Below are positions 59,720 through 64,000 of a stretch of DNA of 64,000 nt, piece by piece. How positions within the stretch are numbered: position 1 is the first letter of the stretch; the number at the start of each line of letters is the position of its first letter. The translations under genes and the position numbers were made by a program. The notes under the pieces were generated by a model. It ran no database searches, was not told where the DNA came from, and worked only from the letters and a program-made list of their open reading frames with translations. The stretch comes from Trichodelitschia bisporula (Eukaryota), in NCBI GenBank assembly GCA_010356995.1, contig ML996701.1:62001-126000 (forward strand), written 5' to 3'.

Positions 59720-60930
59720 TTTTCTGTCGCGGAGTTCGTAGCGGGGTCAGCGACAGTGGCAGCAGCAGCACCAGAGCGGGGGGCCAGCTATTTAGATCTG
59801 CGGAACTCTAGGCACGCGTGTCGATAAGGCGCATTCGGCGGATGGGATGCGGGGGCCACGAACGTAAGGCGAGGCGAGCGGAGCGGAGCACGCACGGCAC
59901 GTAGCATGCTTCCAGCGACCCCAATCAATCCCGCAGGGATGGCGAAGCCGGGGGTGATTGTCGGTGCGCATTTTGTGTCTGTGTGACCGGGCAACTGACC
60001 GCCGTGGCTGTGCGACGGGGCATACCGTACGAGGCGGACGCGCCGCGGTTTTACGGTCGTTGAGACATGCATGTGTTCATGGGGGCGGAGCCGCAGCGAA
60101 GCCTTTCATGTGAGCGTAGGGAGCGGCTTGTTTGCGCCTCGTACCTGCGCGGGCGTTCACCATTGTTTTGCAAAGCTTCGTGCGACGGAGGGTATTGCGG
60201 ATGGTATTACACTCGCGTTCGCCGCCTGCGCCACAGGCTACAGAGCGGTGATCCAGCGGGTCCGAGGTTCATGCCCTTGGTGATAACAGGAGCAATATCG
60301 AGCTTCCCGGTTTGAACAGCGCGGCCGGGCGCCGAGGCGGCCAAGGCGACGGAAGCATTGGCAGCGCGCATTGGCGCGGTGTTGTTGGTGGTAGTCGGCG
60401 ATAGCGATGCGGGATGATGTGTAGGCGGGGTTTGGCGGTTGATCTTGGTGTTGGAAGAAGCGATAGTGGGGTATGATAGTGGGGTCGGGACGTTGTTCGA
60501 GACTGCGGGCCGAGATGGGGTGGGGCCGTGATATCGTGCTTACTTTTTCGGCGGGGCCGGTGCGGACGAGCGCCTTCTTTTTCCCCGCAGATGCGCGCTC
60601 TAGAGCGGGTGCTAGACCCTTTTGGCGATTATCTCCGGACTGCATACTGCGTGCCAGGCACGCGATGGCGACAGCTGCTAGGCCAAGCGATATGTACGTA
60701 CAAACAACTTGGACTTGTTGGGCCAGACCCGGCGAAGCTGATAGCTAGGTTAAGGTTCTTACTCTGACTTGAACTCCTGCATTGTAACCCTACACGGATC
60801 GCCGCTGTTGGCCAATCACGACCTTCCTAATCGGGATTCACGACATCCAGCTCCGGTCTCGACCTCGAAGACTCAGTTGAAGCCCAAGTGAAGATATCAC
60901 ATTATCATTGATTCATTACATCCCATTCCG

Positions 60931-62367
60931 CTAAACAATGCTCAGTCTCCGATCATAATGCGGCTCCACCTCCCCTCTCCGCTCCACATCCGGCATCTCC
61001 ACTCGCATGTGATCCCCCTCCAACTCCGCAACCTCATCCCTCCGCATCCCCACACACATCTCCTCCCCCCCCTTCTCCCCCCCCGCAACCATCTTAACCA
61101 CAACTTCCACCTCCTCCCCACTCCGCACACTATGCACACTCGCACACTCCGGCAACCGCACATGCCGCCCGTCCTGCACCCCGCTAACCCGAATGCTCAT
61201 TCGCGCCCCAGGCAACATGCGCATCCCCATCCCATGCGCCCGCCACGCCTCGCTCCGCCGGCTCCCCGTCCGCCGTGTGTACGTGTGGCTCCCGCTGCGC
61301 CCCCCGCTGCCGCATTGCCCGCTGCCGAAGAGTGGCGGGAAGCATGCCGCCAGTAGGGGCTTGATGCCGGGGAGGGAGCCGCAGACGATGCCCGCGTTCA
61401 TTTCGATGGCGGCGAGGATAAAGACCATGGCGCCTTCATCTAGGGGGGGGGTTAGCTGTGCGAAGAGGGGAAGGGGGGAGGTGACGTACAGAAGGTATCA
61501 TAGGAGTTGAAGAAGACGACTAGGTACCAGATGCGGCACACGCCGGCGATGCACACGAGCACGCCGACGGAGAAGGTGAAGATGAGCCCGAGGCGCTGTT
61601 TCAGCGGGATGCGTACTGTGGAGAGTGTGCGCGCGGGCCAGAGGAAGATGCAGAAGTCGCTGAGGCTATTGAGGGCTTGTGCAGCGATGGTGAAGGAGAA
61701 TTGGTCGATGCAGGTGTAGGGCCTGCCCTGGAAGGACCAGTAGCGGTTTACGGGGCTGGGGCGGTTAGACGTGTCAGTTCGGAGGTGAGGATCCACTTAC
61801 TAGCATTGGAAGATGTTGACTAGCATTATGGAGATGCAGTAGAGGACGGAGAAGGCGATGGCGGCTTTGGCGAACATGCGGTCTGAGGCGGAGGGGAGGG
61901 TCCGCAGGTAGGTTAGGCAGATGGAGATTTTGGTGAGCGAGGCTGTGGGCGCGAACATGACTTGCGTCGCGAAGGTGATCTGGCTTGGTTAGCCGTGTTC
62001 GATTGTCGTCTGTCTGCGCGAACTGACCTTCCACGTCGGCTCTACCCACGATCTTCGAATGTCCCAGATGTGGAAGCCCGTCGCCCACTGCGTCGCCATG
62101 CAGTGCAGCACCGTCGCCGCAATGGACAGACCCATCGCCAGTGCCTATCCGCATTAGCAAAGCCTATTCCCGCAGCCAGCATCAACATACCATAACCCAA
62201 TCATCCCATCCTAGCACTCTTCTCACGAACGTCCGCGCGAAGAATCGTAATAGGACCACCAGTGTCGCAACCGACACCATCGCCGCCTCCACCCCGATCA
62301 ACAGCGTAACCCTCGTCTCAGGATTCACAAAATTCGGTACCGGCCAGTCCGCCGGCCTCGTCGTCAT
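60931..62367 (-). CDS. PTH11-like integral membrane protein (fungal rhodopsin-like 7-TM domain, no CFEM)
   Basis: Five exons; introns 62190-62145, 62027-61980, 61800-61756 and 61489-61440. WPVPNFVNPETR, LRFFAR..LGWDDW, GFHIWD, LTKISICLTYLR, FQCYPV..YW, SDFCIFLWP, IEMNAGIVCGSLPGIKP. Confidence 0.88.
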
Positions 62368-64000
62368 ATCGTTGTCCAAGCCGCACGCGGCGTGCGCCAG
62401 AGAAAGGGCTCAATGCCCGGTCCACGAGCGTCGCCAGTCGAGGCTCGTCTTTGAATGTTGAAGTCGATTCGAAGGCGCTGGTCAGCGCAAGCGAGCAGTC
62501 AGTCGCATGGGCCTCGAGATATAAGCCTTGCCTCAGCTCTGATCGCAGCCAGCTTAAGCAGTTCGTAGGAGTAACGAGGGTGCGAACAGCAGTCAAAACA
62601 GCGAAAGGCGTAGATATCACCCAGGCAAGGGGAAGTACCAAGCCAACCCATCCCCTCCCCATCCCCCGCACTTATCCTCCCCCCCGCCACGGCCGGGAGG
62701 CAAAGCACTGGCAGTCTGCGCCCTGGGCCCGATCGCCGCCCGCAGCGCACACACATCAAGAGCATGAGAGAGAGCGCGCACAGCCAGCCTGACCCCAAAA
62801 ACCTCCGCTCGACGGGCCAATTACTGTTCCCAGCGACCCCGGCTATTTACGGCCCTGACGAGACGGACCGGGAAATTCCCTGTTGACGACCCGGAGGGGG
62901 GCCGACGATAGGGACCGCCTGCGCCGGCGCGTTTGCTCCTGGGAAGTTGGGGTGTTTCGTGCCTGCGGGGCGCGGGGCGCTGGTTGGTTGCGGCCGACTG
63001 GCGAGGCTGGTCGGCATGCCGAAGCGCAGCCTCGCCGTCGACCACATCGCCCAAGAGACGACAACAAAACAACAACAAAATGCGGCGAGCGAGCGAAAGC
63101 GAGTACCAGAACCAAGAAAAACGCGGCAGACCACCACGCCATCACGGCAATCACCTTCCCTCGCCAACCCCCAGTAGGCAACCCCAGCCCACCGCCCCCC
63201 GGTCTCTTAATCTAAACCAAAAAAAATGATCCTCCTCCCCATGCAGCCTAATATACACACGCACCACGTGAATCCGCCAAGCAGTACGCGCACTCCACCA
63301 CTTAATATATCCGCGCGGCCCCATTCGCCCTGCGCGCGGGAAGTAGATTGCTCGCCACGCGGGGGGGGGCCTCCTGCCCGGGTTTTAAGCTTTGCAGGTG
63401 CGCGGTACGGCCGGGGCCGGTACGCGTGGGTGCGGTTGGGCGAGGTAACTGGGTGGGGGTGGGTGGGCGAGCGGCGAGCAGCAAGCAGCGGAGCGCAGCA
63501 AGCCAGTCATCCCCTCATGGGACTGCTTGCTCGTCCTTCGCCCATCCCTCTGATGTCTGGTTCGGCTCCGGCACTAGCCCAGGAGCGCGCCCAGGGCCGG
63601 TTCACGAGCCGGGCCTAATATAGGCCTTTAAGTCAGCTGCGAGCTGTGAGCTATGACTGCGGTACGCGGCGGCGGGCGAGCGGCAATGAGCGGCGGTGAT
63701 GGGCGACAGCGAGGTAAAGCGAGAAGCTGCTCGATGATGTGCAACGGCGTGACGTTGCGGTGTGGTGGTGTGGTCGAATCCACCAGTAACTCACATGTTT
63801 CTAGCTCCTCACCAGTTGTGCATGAAACGCCGCACCACTTGTCCCGTGCCTTCTCACGAGCATCAGGGCATCGGGAACAAGCCGAAGTGAATGTCAGAAG
63901 TCAGAACGCAGCGCGGGGACCGTGCGGTATAGCAGCCGTTATATACCCCACGGACCCCGGTCGGGAGACCGGCGAGTGGCGGGGGTGCAGTGGCGATGAC

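Overview
This is GC-rich eukaryotic DNA from a filamentous ascomycete (Pezizomycotina, probably a Dothideomycete; inferred, not verified). Introns are short (mostly 43-80 nt), GT-AG, with CTAAC/CTGAC branch sites. I can support about 18 intron-containing or partial protein-coding genes: SPT8, an Hrr1/SAD-3/ZNFX1-type RNA-silencing helicase, a DH-PH-CNH RhoGEF, a Baeyer-Villiger-type monooxygenase, MDL1, CDC37, an RTA1-like protein, GYP2, two amino-acid permeases, a CE12 acetylesterase, an RfeG-like regulator, a PTH11-like membrane protein and several hypotheticals. There is also one intron-containing tRNA-Thr(AGT). No biosynthetic gene cluster, CRISPR array or intact transposon is visible. The main unexplained signals are: (1) an apparent single-nucleotide exon (G at 37385) between a GT-AG and a GC-AG intron in an 11-exon GABA/polyamine-type permease gene; (2) an unnamed dispersed ~80-270 bp repeat family with at least 5 copies, all in 3' gene flanks, two of them inverted around one gene; (3) a tandem-repeat tail of CDK-consensus SPVK sites on the silencing helicase; (4) alternating C-rich/G-rich blocks within genes, and long homopolymer runs that are all poly-C on the + strand. 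All gene models and alignments were read by eye, with no database searches.
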